Part shown: in pieces, positions 48,601 to 58,497 of the stretch | Layout: each line of letters starts with the position of its first letter | Numbering within the stretch: position 1 is the first letter of the stretch | Assembly: GCA_965215195.1 (NCBI GenBank) | Contig: CBDCDC010000002.1 | Span: 2,976,001-3,040,000, forward strand | Length of the DNA: 64,000 nucleotides | Reading direction: 5' to 3' | Source: Candidatus Latescibacterota bacterium | Lineage (GTDB): Bacteria; Latescibacterota; UBA2968; UBA8231 | Notes under the pieces: generated by a model | The model's database searches: none | The model's input: only the letters and a program-made list of their open reading frames with translations | What the model was told of the DNA's origin: nothing | Translations under genes and position numbers: made by a program

Positions 48601-49502
48601 GGGCTGGCGCGGTAGGTCCGGCGCGCTTGGTCGAGGGTGGCGAGGACGTCCGCAGGAAGCTGGAGACAGGTGCCCTCGCGATTGGCGTTGACGTGCGCGG
48701 CGCTCTCGGCACCAGCGAGCACACAGGTAAGGCCCTGATGCAGGACCCAGGCGACGCAGATGGCGGCGCGGGAGGTGCCTAAGTTAGCGGCGACTTGGTC
48801 GATAGCGGCGACTAAAGCGGCGAGGGCGGGGTCGTTGGGCCGGATCAGCAGGCCGGTGTCCATTGGGCTGAAGGCTAGGCAGCCTAGTCCAGTGCGCCGC
48901 AGCAGGGGCAGCATTTCTTCCTCGTAGATCTCCACTCGCGAGCGCCCCGCTTCGTCGCAGTGGCTGCCGGCGATATTGTAGTAATCCTCCACGCCAGCGA
49001 TGGGGGCTAGGGCGAGAAAGGCTTCGACTTCGGCAGCGCGGTGGTTGGAGACGCCCCAATAGCGGGTCTTGCCGGCCTGCACCAGATCCTCCATGACCTC
49101 GGCGATGGCCTCCGGGGGCGTGTCGGGGTCGCGGTGGTGCAAGAAGTACAGGTCAACGCAATCGGTGCGCAGGCGGCGGAGACTTTCTTCGAGGCGGTCG
49201 GTGAGATGGGCGCGGGTGTAGCGGACGCGCGCTCCGTGGGCCAGCGAAGCAGGGACCTTGGTGCAGAGAACGACCTCGTCGCGCCGACCAGCGATCGCCC
49301 GCCCCAGCACCTCCTCGGCCCCACCCCAGCCGTAGGCTTGGGCCGTGTCAAAGAAGTTGATGCCGTGGTCCAAGCAGTGGTGGAGCACGGCGAGGGCCTC
49401 GGGGCTATCGGCGCGGGGCAGGTGGCGGAAGGCAGTGCCCTGGCACAAGCGCGAGACTTGGAGATCGGTCTGGCCGAAGAAGGCGCGGTCGCTAAGGTTC
49501 AT
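48597..49502 (-). CDS. Aldo/keto reductase
   Basis: GINFFDTAQAYG, SLRRLRTDCVDLYFLH, GKTRYWGVSN. Confidence 0.9.
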   Translation of the reverse strand: MNLSDRAFFGQTDLQVSRLCQGTAFRHLPRADSPEALAVLHHCLDHGINFFDTAQAYGWGGAEEVLGRAIAGRRDEVVLCTKVPASLAHGARVRYTRAHLTDRLEESLRRLRTDCVDLYFLHHRDPDTPPEAIAEVMEDLVQAGKTRYWGVSNHRAAEVEAFLALAPIAGVEDYYNIAGSHCDEAGRSRVEIYEEEMLPLLRRTGLGCLAFSPMDTGLLIRPNDPALAALVAAIDQVAANLGTSRAAICVAWVLHQGLTCVLAGAESAAHVNANREGTCLQLPADVLATLDQARRTYRASP

Positions 49503-49506
49503 AATG

Positions 49507-50919
49507 CTAGCGCCGCGTCAGCAGGGCGACCGAGGGGCCGCTTCGGGGAGGAGCCAGTTGCACTAGGGTGCCGCCGTGGACGTCGGCGGCGGATGCCCAA
49601 GTGCTGGCGGCAATGTCGAGCCATTGGACCTCAAAGGTTTCTTCTGCCCCGGTCAGATCGAGGCCCACCGCGCCGCCATCGGTAAAGTAGAGCGCGTACT
49701 GGCGACCCGGGACGCGGCTGAGATAGGCCTCGTTGGCAGCGCGATCGCGCAGCAGGGCACTGTCGGAATCAGGCTCGGCGCGAAAAAAGTCGAAGACCTC
49801 GGCCAGCATGCGACCGCTGCGGATGTGGGCTTGGGCTTGCGTGCTCAGCCCGAGGCCGGAGGTAGGCCGGTGAAAGCGGCTGGAGGCCAAGCCGCCGATG
49901 AGGTTGCGCCAAAAGCACTCGGTGGCGTGGCGGTCGTCAATGCCGCGGTTTTTGTCCCGGTGCGTCTGGGCACCGTAGATCTTGGTCGAATTGATCGGCC
50001 GGGGCTGCGCGGCGATGTACTGCCACACCCACTGGGCATGGTCCCAATTGGTCTGCTCGCGCTGCCAGCTATTCTGCGAAATGTCGATAAAAGAATACAG
50101 CTCCGGGTGGTCGAAGGTAGCGCGATGCGTCTGCCCCCGCACGTCCCACTCGTCCCACATTTCGGTGGTTTCAACGGTCTTGCCCGCCTGCTGCGCCCGC
50201 TCCTTGATATAGTCGTTCCAATAGGCGCTCCACCCCGGGTCGCCGCTGGTCTCGTTGTCCATGCAGTAGAGCACGTGGTCGTAGGCGAGGGCATGTTTGA
50301 GAACTTGCTCGACAAAGGCCTGTTGGTAGAGCAACACGACTTGGTTGTTGCGCAGGGCGGGAACGGTAAAGAAAAAGGGCTGCCAGTTGCCGCCGGGGTG
50401 GGCGGGATAGTCCGTTTCGAGGCCCGATTCCTCGGCGGTGTAGTTGATGTTGTTGGCCGGATTGAAGGGGCCTTCTTGCCAATGTCTTTGGCTGTGGTCA
50501 AAGCGGTCCCACATTTCTATCTGGACGATGATGTCGCGCTCGGCGGTCCAGCGCAAAAAATCGGCAAAGCGCTGCCAATACGTCGGGTTCCAGCGGTCGA
50601 GGTCGTACAGGCCGTCAGCGCCTTGGTGGAAGGCTTTGATCTCGTAGCCGTAGAAGCGGCGGTCGCTCATGGTATTGCGCACGTAGTTGCCGCCGACCGC
50701 TTGCAGCAGGTCGAGATGCGCTTGGAGATCGGGTATTTGGAAGAGGCAATCTTTGACGGTGCCGCCGAGCAAGAGCACGGGCTGGCCTTTGTACTGCCAG
50801 TAGCGCGGATTGGCCGGGTAGGGTTGGATGCGGTCGGAATCGGCTTGGGCGTGGGTCATGGCGGCTAGGCTGGTGATGAGGATGGCTGGGAGGCAGCGAG
50901 AGAGACGTGCAGCTTTCAT
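49507..50919 (-). CDS. Secreted glycoside-hydrolase-like protein (DUF6298-like) with C-terminal collagen-binding-type domain
   Basis: Signal peptide, NPRYWQYKGQPVLLLGG, YDLDRWNPTYW, MDNETSG, YALYFTDGG..VQWLD. Confidence 0.65.
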   Translation of the reverse strand: MKAARLSRCLPAILITSLAAMTHAQADSDRIQPYPANPRYWQYKGQPVLLLGGTVKDCLFQIPDLQAHLDLLQAVGGNYVRNTMSDRRFYGYEIKAFHQGADGLYDLDRWNPTYWQRFADFLRWTAERDIIVQIEMWDRFDHSQRHWQEGPFNPANNINYTAEESGLETDYPAHPGGNWQPFFFTVPALRNNQVVLLYQQAFVEQVLKHALAYDHVLYCMDNETSGDPGWSAYWNDYIKERAQQAGKTVETTEMWDEWDVRGQTHRATFDHPELYSFIDISQNSWQREQTNWDHAQWVWQYIAAQPRPINSTKIYGAQTHRDKNRGIDDRHATECFWRNLIGGLASSRFHRPTSGLGLSTQAQAHIRSGRMLAEVFDFFRAEPDSDSALLRDRAANEAYLSRVPGRQYALYFTDGGAVGLDLTGAEETFEVQWLDIAASTWASAADVHGGTLVQLAPPRSGPSVALLTRR

Positions 50920-51096
50920 AGTGGCATTTGGTCCTTGTCGTGCGGGGCGCGGTTAAATTGTTGGAGTGCGCCTCAATACGCGACCCCAAGGTTAAGTAGC
51001 CGTGCGGGTAGCTAAATATAAAGAAGACAGCGACATGGAGCATCTGCAACAGCTCTGCTTGAAATTTCGTCCCAATACGGCTATTATCCATGTAAA

Positions 51097-51531
51097 ATGA
51101 TAAAGGATATTAGCAAATTGCATGGATATTTACCGAGAAACGCAGAATCTGAGTTAAAGCGAGCCTTGGGGCGTTCCCCGGCCGTTGCAATCCTTGGTCC
51201 CCGCCAATGCGGTAAATCAACACTGGCTCGTCAATACTTGAAAGGACAGCGAGTGATCCATCTCGATTTACAGAACCGCATTGACCTCAACAGACTCGCC
51301 GAACCCGAACTCTTTCTCGAAAGACATCGCCAAGAACTGGTGTGCTTGGATGAGATTCAGCGCCTGCCGGAATTCTTTGCCGTATTGCGCTCCGAAATTG
51401 ATCGCGATCGGCGTCCGGGGCGCTTTTTGATTCTCGGCTCGGCATCGCGGGAGTTGATCCAGCAGTCGAGCGAATCGCTGGCTGGCCGCATCGTCTATCT
51501 CGACTTTGGTGGGGACGAGAGCGAGCGTTAA
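51097..51531 (+). pseudogene. Truncated AAA_14/DUF4143-type ATP-binding protein (N-terminal third only)
   Basis: GPRQCGKST, LDEIQR, GRFLILGSAS, ESLAGRI, then an abrupt stop. Confidence 0.85.
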
Positions 51532-51607
51532 TCTGAGGAGGCTTGTCGGCGCGGCGACTTTGCATTACCGTCGAGGCCGACCCTGTCCCCATTGCGAAAG
51601 GAACGCT

Positions 51608-52462
51608 ATGGCCCTTCTCGATACCCACACTCAAATTTCAGCGATTATCGGCGACTTTGGCAGCGGCCTCGACCACCCCGAGTGCATTGCTTGGGGCTGC
51701 GATGGCTACGCCTATGCCGGCGGCGAAGCCGGCCAAATTTACCGCATCGACTTGGCCCGGCGCTCATTCGAGGAGTTCGCCCAAGTCGGCGGTTTTGTCG
51801 GCGGCATCTGTCAGGACGCCCAGCACCGCCTGTACGTCTGCAACGGCGGCGTCAAGCGCGTTGAGCCGGACGGCGCGGTCAGCGCGTATTGCGACCGCGC
51901 GGGCGAGGTGCGGCTGACCGCGGCCAACTACCCGGTCTTTGACGCGGCCGGCAATCTTTATGTGTCCAATTCTGGAGGCTGGCACAAAAACGACGGTTGG
52001 ATTTGCAAGATCGCCCCGGGGGGCCAAGGCGAGGTATGGAGCCGCGCCCTGCCGGAATTTCCCAACGGCACGGCGCTAGATGCGACGGGCGAATACCTCT
52101 ATGTGGCCATGAGCATCCGCCCCCGCGTGGCCCGCATCAAAATCGAGGCCGACGGCCGCGCTGGCGTTGCCGAAACCGTGTTCGACCTGCCGCAGACCGT
52201 CCCCGATGGCCTCGCCTTTGACGACGAGGGCACCCTGTACTGCTCCTGCTATCGCCCGGACCGCATCTATCGGTATGCCGACGGCCAACTCGACGTTTTG
52301 GCCGACGATTACGAGGGCACTGCCATGGCGGCCCCGACCAATATCGCCTTCTGCGGCGCGGATCGGTCGCTCTTCCTCAGCGCCAACTTGGGGCGTTGGC
52401 ACATAGCGCACTACGAGCTGGGCAAGACGGGGATGCCGTTGAATTATCCCGATATTCCCTAG
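51608..52462 (+). CDS. SMP-30/gluconolactonase family protein
   Basis: LDHPEC, GNLYVSNSG, FPNG, PDGLAFD, PTNIAF. Confidence 0.9.
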   Translation: MALLDTHTQISAIIGDFGSGLDHPECIAWGCDGYAYAGGEAGQIYRIDLARRSFEEFAQVGGFVGGICQDAQHRLYVCNGGVKRVEPDGAVSAYCDRAGEVRLTAANYPVFDAAGNLYVSNSGGWHKNDGWICKIAPGGQGEVWSRALPEFPNGTALDATGEYLYVAMSIRPRVARIKIEADGRAGVAETVFDLPQTVPDGLAFDDEGTLYCSCYRPDRIYRYADGQLDVLADDYEGTAMAAPTNIAFCGADRSLFLSANLGRWHIAHYELGKTGMPLNYPDIP

Positions 52463-53550
52463 GTGGCGACCACCACCTGCGCCGGATTGATCGCCTGATA
52501 CCGGCTCTTGTTAGCCGTAATTTCAAATGCCTCCGGCACCTTATCGATCCCCTCTAACACGTGCCGGATCGTCGGCTTCATGCTGATGCGCCCCGAGGCC
52601 ACCAGCCGCACCGTGTACTCTAGATGGGCCTGCGAGCTGATGTCCGGGAAAAGGTAGCGCAAGCTGCGCTCCCGCATCAGGTCCACATTTAGTTCTAGGG
52701 GTGCCCCAAACCAAGAGATGCCCACCAGCTTGCCGCCGGAGCGCACCGCGTGCATGGCCTGTTTGAGCGCCCGGTCGCCGGCCAGCCCCTGCTTGACGCT
52801 GCCGCCGGCGCACTTGAACACCACGTCTGCACCCTCGCCGCCGGTCAGGTCGCGGATCGCCTCGACTGGATCGTCCTCGCGGGCGTTGATTGCGTGATCG
52901 GCGCCCAATTCCAACGAAAGCTGGCAAGCCTCGGGCCGCACATCCACGGTGATGAGCTGGCCAGCCCCGCAGGCGCGGGCGGCCTGCATGCTCTCGATGC
53001 CCATGCTGCCTTGGCCAAAGACGGCGACGGAATCGCCCGGCCGAATCTGCGCGGTCTCGACTGCGGCGATGCTGTCGCTCAGCGATTGCAGGGTGGCGGC
53101 CTCGCTGTCGGAGATGCGGTCATCGACCTTGACCAGCGCGATGGCCGGGAGCAGCGCACGCTCGGCAAAGCAGCCGGGCAGTTGGAAGCCGATGATCGGG
53201 CCGCGCCGGCAGTCGTCGCTGCGCTCGGAGCGGCACAGGGAGCAGTCGCCGCAGGGCAGCTTGGCGCGGGCCGCCACGCGGTCGCCGGGGGCGTACCCCG
53301 CGACGGCCGACCCGAGCTCTACGATCCGGGCGCAAAATTCGTGGCCGAAGAGCTGGAGCGGCGCGTCCGTCTCCAGCCGGCTCTTGACGTGGTCGTACGC
53401 CAGGGTTGGAATTCCAAAGGCGAGTTGGGCTTCGGTCGCACTGGGCTGAACGATCAGCGGCTCGACGAGCACGTGGTCGGGTGGGCAGGCCGGCAGCTCA
53501 ATGTCGTCGAGCCGCATGTCGCCGAAGGCATAGAAACGCCAGGCTTTCAC
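52459..53550 (-). CDS. Zinc-binding (MDR) alcohol/sugar dehydrogenase
   Basis: GHEF, CGDCSLC..C, GQGSMG. Confidence 0.88.
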   Translation of the reverse strand: MKAWRFYAFGDMRLDDIELPACPPDHVLVEPLIVQPSATEAQLAFGIPTLAYDHVKSRLETDAPLQLFGHEFCARIVELGSAVAGYAPGDRVAARAKLPCGDCSLCRSERSDDCRRGPIIGFQLPGCFAERALLPAIALVKVDDRISDSEAATLQSLSDSIAAVETAQIRPGDSVAVFGQGSMGIESMQAARACGAGQLITVDVRPEACQLSLELGADHAINAREDDPVEAIRDLTGGEGADVVFKCAGGSVKQGLAGDRALKQAMHAVRSGGKLVGISWFGAPLELNVDLMRERSLRYLFPDISSQAHLEYTVRLVASGRISMKPTIRHVLEGIDKVPEAFEITANKSRYQAINPAQVVVAT

Positions 53551-53576
53551 GGGTTCTTCCTTTCCTTTGTTTGCTA

Positions 53577-55124
53577 TCAGGCGCGTTCCACGTCAAACGC
53601 CGCTAGGTTGCGGGTGTCTTTGCTGAACTCCACGCCAATTAGGTAGATCGGCTGCCCCAAGGCGCGATATTTGTCCGCATACCGCCGCTCCTGCAACTGC
53701 GCCATCGCCGCACCCGCTGACGCCAACTCGACCACCTTGAACTCGAACAGATAGACGTGGCCGTTGAACAAAACCGCCATGTCCAGCCGGCCGTGGCTGC
53801 TGCTGTCCTCCACCGCAATGTCCAATCCCAATCCCGCGAAATAGGAGTAGAACACGCTGGCGTAGTACCCCTCGTAACGGGCGATGTCGTTGTTGGAATA
53901 CCATTCGTAGGGAATGCTGGCGAAAAAGGCGTGAAAGAGCGTCTCCAGCCCGGCGAAGTCGTTGGCTTCGAGCAGCCGATACAGCCGCACGCTGTTGGCC
54001 ATCTGCCGCGTTGAGTCCTGCACCAAGTAGCGCAGCAAGCTCTCGTTGAGGCTTTGTCTCACCTCCCGGTTGGGATAGCCCAACTGATAGAACCGCTTGC
54101 CGCCCAGTTCCTCGGCGTTGGTGATGGTCAGGTAGCCGGTCTGGAACAGCAGGGCCTCGGTGGCGATGTGATCGACGTCAAAGGTCGATAGCAGTTCGTC
54201 GTTGCTCTCCATCTCGCCGAGTTCGAGGGAACTGACGCGGCGTTTGAACAGCGTTTCAACCAAGAACGTCGGCGTCCCGGTCTCAAACCAGTGAGCTTTG
54301 AACTCGCGGTTGCGAAACAGCAGCAGGATGTCGAAGGGGTTGTACACCTTTTCGTCGCCGAGCCAACTATAGCCGTTGTACCAGGCGCGAATCTGCTCTC
54401 GGTCCAAGCCGGGCAGTTCCGGCGCGAACACCGCGTCCAAGTCTGCCTCGGTGTACCCACAGATGGCCGAATAGCGCCGGTCCAAGGTAATGTCCGTGAG
54501 ATTGTTGAGGCCGGAAAACAGGCTGACCTTGGAGAACTTGCTCACCCCGGTGATGAACGTGAAGCGGACGTGCGCGTCGCTGTCCTTGATGACTGCGTAG
54601 AGGCCGCGCAAAAAGTCGCGGTTGGCGCGAGCTATGTCCGGCACCTCCAGCGCATCGACAATGGGCTTGTCGTATTCGTCGATCAGCACGGCGACCGGCT
54701 GTCCGGCTTGGTCGTGCAGTTCTTCCAGCAGGTGGGCGAATCGCTCCGCTCCGGTGGCGTAGTCCGACGCCACACCCGTCCGGCGTTCGACCGCGTCCAA
54801 TTGCGCCATCAGGTTCGTCTCCACGTAGCCGGGCACCTTGAAGTTGCCGCTGCCAAAGCTGAGCCGCAGGACCGGATGGCGCACCGACCAATCCCAACGG
54901 TCGTGGATATAAAGCCCCGCAAACAGGGGCTCGTTGCCCTCGAACACTTCCTTGAGCGTGTCCAAGAACAGGCTCTTGCCAAAGCGCCGGGGACGCGACA
55001 GGAAGTAGTGCGTGCCCTCGTTGAGCAGCCGCCGGATGTAGGCGGTTTTATCGACGTAGTAGCAGTTATCGTCCCGAATTTTGCGGAAGGTCTGAATGCC
55101 GATCGGCAGTCTGCGTTTGTTCAT
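53577..55124 (-). CDS. AAA-ATPase-like + PD-(D/E)XK nuclease domain protein
   Basis: LPIGIQTF, RPRRFGKSL, LIDEYDKP, GRLD..YLFEFK..Q...Y. ATG at 55124. Confidence 0.92.
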   Translation of the reverse strand: MNKRRLPIGIQTFRKIRDDNCYYVDKTAYIRRLLNEGTHYFLSRPRRFGKSLFLDTLKEVFEGNEPLFAGLYIHDRWDWSVRHPVLRLSFGSGNFKVPGYVETNLMAQLDAVERRTGVASDYATGAERFAHLLEELHDQAGQPVAVLIDEYDKPIVDALEVPDIARANRDFLRGLYAVIKDSDAHVRFTFITGVSKFSKVSLFSGLNNLTDITLDRRYSAICGYTEADLDAVFAPELPGLDREQIRAWYNGYSWLGDEKVYNPFDILLLFRNREFKAHWFETGTPTFLVETLFKRRVSSLELGEMESNDELLSTFDVDHIATEALLFQTGYLTITNAEELGGKRFYQLGYPNREVRQSLNESLLRYLVQDSTRQMANSVRLYRLLEANDFAGLETLFHAFFASIPYEWYSNNDIARYEGYYASVFYSYFAGLGLDIAVEDSSSHGRLDMAVLFNGHVYLFEFKVVELASAGAAMAQLQERRYADKYRALGQPIYLIGVEFSKDTRNLAAFDVERA

Positions 55125-55143
55125 GGTACATTCTCCGTTTGGA

Positions 55144-55578
55144 TTACTCGCCCAGCATCCGCCCGTGGGTGTAGTAGTCGCTCGTGGAGTTGTGCGCCAC
55201 ATAGCCCTTGATGTCGGGCAAATCCGCGGCCTTGGCACCCGCGTTCTCGGAAAACTCCCAAGTTGAGGCGGTCAATAAGGCCGTGCCGTATAGAGGTGGC
55301 AAAGGTCGGAAGCCGGCCTGCAAAAAGGGGGTAGAGCGAAATTGCGTTGATGTCGTCGATGTACACCCCGTCAATTTGGCCGCTCGCGTCCCGGGGGTCG
55401 GCGACCATGCGGACCTCCAGGTACTTTTCCGCAAAGCGTTGGCCCATTCCCATGTCGAGGCACCAAGCGCAGGTCATCATGCCGGGCGTACGGGGGATTT
55501 ATTTTTTCGCCCCAGATATTGAGGGTGTGGCCGCCAGGCCCCCACGCGGAGCAGGTCGCCGGGCGCGGTGTGGGCCAT
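55144..55578 (-). pseudogene. Heavily eroded oxidoreductase gene (Gfo/Idh/MocA-like)
   Basis: GGAGG RBS + MAHTAPGDLLRVG, then pieces in shifting frames: GHTLNIWG, GMMTCAW..GQIDGVYIDD..LYPL, FATSIRHG, LLTASTWEF..YYTHG. Confidence 0.5.
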
Positions 55579-55672
55579 GATTCCTCCGAGGAGACGAGGG
55601 TGGTGGGTTGAGTACGCTAATATAAAACATTAAAGTCCTACCATCTTGGTTTGAAATCGCAAGAGGCTGGTT

Positions 55673-56125
55673 ATGGCTGATTTGCTCTACTTTGCTTATG
55701 GGTCCAACTTGCTCTGGCGGCAGATGCAGACCCGCTGCCCCAAAGCCCGCTATCGCACGGCCGTGCGCGTACAGGGCTACGAGCTGTGCTTTCCGATGAT
55801 CTCCTTCACGCGCAGCGGCATGGGCGTGGCCAGCATCCGGCCCAACGAGGACGCATTCGTCGAAGGCGTCATATACGAAATGACGCCCGACGACTTCAGA
55901 CGCCTCGACCACTACGAAAGCGAGGGCACCAAGTACCGGCGGGACAAGATAATGATACCTGAGTTTGGCGAAGTTTGGACGTATTTCTCCCGCCTCGACG
56001 CCGGACACCACTACCCGCCCTCGGAGGAATACCTCAACGCCGTCATTCAGGGAGCTACTGAACACGGACTTTCCGCCGCATACATCGACACTTTACACGC
56101 CTTTTGGGACAAAGAAGAGGAGTGA
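55673..56125 (+). CDS. Gamma-glutamylcyclotransferase family protein
   Basis: YFAYGSNL, VEGVIYE, LDHYE, PSEEYL. Confidence 0.9.
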   Translation: MADLLYFAYGSNLLWRQMQTRCPKARYRTAVRVQGYELCFPMISFTRSGMGVASIRPNEDAFVEGVIYEMTPDDFRRLDHYESEGTKYRRDKIMIPEFGEVWTYFSRLDAGHHYPPSEEYLNAVIQGATEHGLSAAYIDTLHAFWDKEEE

Positions 56126-56129
56126 TCCA

Positions 56130-57017
56130 ATGGCCCAGCAAACCATGATAAACCTCGAACCTTTCGTCGATTCCACCCTCCTGCTCGACGCGCCCAGTGC
56201 CTTGCGCGAGCGCGCGGCCGAGCAGGGCTATTTGTTCTTTCGCTCGTTATTGGATTCAGAGTCGGTGCTCGACCTGCGCCGCCAGCTCCTCGAAGTTTGT
56301 CAGCAGCACGGCTGGCTTGACGACGACGCGCCCTTGATGGACGGAGTTGCCTGCGACGGGCAGCTTTTCATCGAAGGCCACTCGCCCGAGTGGATTGCCT
56401 TTTACATCGATGTCCAGCGGTTGCGCGCCTTCAACGCCTTGGCTTTGCACCCTGCGATCTTGGCGATGTTCGCCACGCTCTTTGGCGAGGAGGCCCTGCC
56501 CCACAGCCGCAATATCTGCCGAGTAATTTTCCCCAACGCCCTCGCGCACACCACCCCCCCGCACCAAGACAATTTCTACATTGGCGGCACCGATGAGACG
56601 TGGACCGCTTGGATCCCGGCTGGTGACTGCCCGGCCGCGCTGGGCAGCTTGGCGGTGGCACCGGGTAGCCACAAGCTGGGCAAGCTAGGCGTTACAAAGG
56701 CAACCGGCGCCGGCGGCCATGCCGTCGAACTGCCCGAGGACACGCTGTGGGCGGGCGGCGACTTTTGCGCCGGCGACGTGCTGATATGCCACAGTCTCAC
56801 CGCGCATCAGGGCCAAGACAACCAAAGCGGCGACCGCCTGCGCATCTCGCTCGACTATCGCTATCAGCCCATGAGCCACCCGGTGCGCGAAGATTCGCTG
56901 GAGCCGCACATGAACTTTGCGGATTGGGAGGACATTTACGCCCAGTGGGACGCGGACGATCCGCTCAAGTACTACTGGCGGAAGTGGGATTTGCAGATTA
57001 ACGCCCGAGTTGGTTAG
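56130..57017 (+). CDS. PhyH family dioxygenase
   Basis: GYLFFR, TPPHQD, GSLAVAPGSH, TAHQG..RISLDYRYQ. Confidence 0.9.
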   Translation: MAQQTMINLEPFVDSTLLLDAPSALRERAAEQGYLFFRSLLDSESVLDLRRQLLEVCQQHGWLDDDAPLMDGVACDGQLFIEGHSPEWIAFYIDVQRLRAFNALALHPAILAMFATLFGEEALPHSRNICRVIFPNALAHTTPPHQDNFYIGGTDETWTAWIPAGDCPAALGSLAVAPGSHKLGKLGVTKATGAGGHAVELPEDTLWAGGDFCAGDVLICHSLTAHQGQDNQSGDRLRISLDYRYQPMSHPVREDSLEPHMNFADWEDIYAQWDADDPLKYYWRKWDLQINARVG

Positions 57018-57108
57018 AAAGCATCTCATACATGCCACCCCCATAGGGATTGGCCTTAAACAACGGGTCGCCGTATTCAGAGGTTATGAGATAACTTCTA
57101 ACCACTCT

Positions 57109-58218
57109 TCACACCGCTGCTTTTGCTTGATTGTCGATACCGACCGCGTCTTCCACCCGGGCAAACCCATCGCGTTCCAACAGGTGCGCTAGCCCGGCGT
57201 TGATTTGCCGCACGACCCCCGGCCCCCTGAAAACCAACGCTGAGTATAGCTGCACGAGCGAGGCCCCGAGGCGAATTTTGCGGTACGCGTCGCGGGCCGA
57301 TGAAATCCCTCCCACGCCAATGATCGCGTGCCGCTGGCGGTCGATCCGCCCGTACCAGAAGCGCACGGTCTCGTCGATCAGGGCCTGCACGGGCCGGCCG
57401 CACAAGGTTCCGGGCAGGGAGGCGAAGAGATGGGTCGGTGACTGGAGCGGATAGCTCGTTCCCGGCGGCAGGTTGAAGATGAAGCCCTTGACGAAGGCAA
57501 ACGGATCGACCGTCTCCAGCATCCAGTCCAGCCGCGTCGGGTCGGTGTGCGCGGTGAGCTTGAGAAAGATCGGGGGCAGGTCGTCGATGGCAGCGCATTC
57601 GAGCAGCAAGTCGCGCAGGTGATCTCCGCTGTTGAATGGGCTGACGCCGCCGGTGGTGTTCGGACAATTGAGATTGAACGCGATGTAGGAGGCCCGCCCG
57701 ACAAAGGGGACGAGGGCCGCGGCTAGCTCGGCCACGACCGCATCGGGCGCAATGGCCCGTCCGGTATTGGTTTCGACGAGGTTGATGCCCAAGGGCACGG
57801 CGATTGGTCGCTGGGACACGCGCTCGGCTACGACCGCAGCCCCGTCATTGGGCACCCCATAGTTGACCACAATGGCCTCGTCCAACGGCAAGCGGAACAA
57901 GCGGGGCCGCGGATTCCCGGCCGAAGGATGCGCCGATACCGACCCCACCTCCACGAACCCAAAGCCCATGGCCGCAAGCGCCTGGATCACCCGGCCATTT
58001 TTGTCGAACCCGGCCGCCATGCCCAGCGGGTTGGCAAAGTGCAAGCCGCCCACTTGGGTAGAAAGCCGCGCATCTGCGAAGGCAAAGAGACTGGAGAGCA
58101 GACGACGGCCAAGCGCGAAAGAACCGACCCGCTCGCCAAGCGCGAGGATTTGATCGTGGATGCGCTCTGGATCGCAGCGGAACAGGAGGGGGCGGACGAA
58201 GCGTTGGTATGCGTTCAT
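57109..58218 (-). CDS. pyrD: Quinone-dependent (class 2) dihydroorotate dehydrogenase
   Basis: DPERIH, NPLGMAAGFDKN, GFGFVEVGSV, GNPRPRLFRL, IIGVGGI, GASLVQLYSALVFRGP. Confidence 0.85.
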   Translation of the reverse strand: MNAYQRFVRPLLFRCDPERIHDQILALGERVGSFALGRRLLSSLFAFADARLSTQVGGLHFANPLGMAAGFDKNGRVIQALAAMGFGFVEVGSVSAHPSAGNPRPRLFRLPLDEAIVVNYGVPNDGAAVVAERVSQRPIAVPLGINLVETNTGRAIAPDAVVAELAAALVPFVGRASYIAFNLNCPNTTGGVSPFNSGDHLRDLLLECAAIDDLPPIFLKLTAHTDPTRLDWMLETVDPFAFVKGFIFNLPPGTSYPLQSPTHLFASLPGTLCGRPVQALIDETVRFWYGRIDRQRHAIIGVGGISSARDAYRKIRLGASLVQLYSALVFRGPGVVRQINAGLAHLLERDGFARVEDAVGIDNQAKAAV

Positions 58219-58289
58219 TTATTAATCACTGAGCGGCCCGCGCTGGGCTACGTCCTTGACCAGTTCCCGCAGATTGTAGGTGGGATGCG

Positions 58290-58389
58290 CACGTCGCATA
58301 GGTCGGCGGCGAATACGGCCAGCGACAGTTCGCTTGTCTTTAGACCGTCGCGCAATGTGTACGAACTTGTAGGAAGGCTTCGTTGTCAT
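58290..58389 (-). pseudogene. Frameshifted N-terminal remnant resembling a DUF499 ATPase
   Basis: MTTKPSYKFV / LRDGLKTSELSLAVFAADLCDV, with GAGG RBS. Confidence 0.4.
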
Positions 58390-58416
58390 GTCGTCCTCAT
58401 TGATTCCATAAATTGA

Positions 58417-58497
58417 TTAGATAGAAGGATAGACCCGCACCGCATCTCCAGGCCGGATTTCAGCAATCAATCGCTCGAGTTCGGGCACCAGCACCCC
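58417..58497 (-). pseudogene. C-terminal remnant of a DUF5615/PIN-like toxin
   Basis: VLVPELERLIAEIRPGDAVRVYPSI* overlaps the aberrant end of the DUF433 gene in another frame. Confidence 0.5.

Noticed and set aside
49576-50868. Long antisense ORFs (this 430-aa one, also 19274..20332, 54291..55211, 59146..60102)
   Set aside because: They are shadow frames of well-supported genes in GC-rich DNA and have no motifs.
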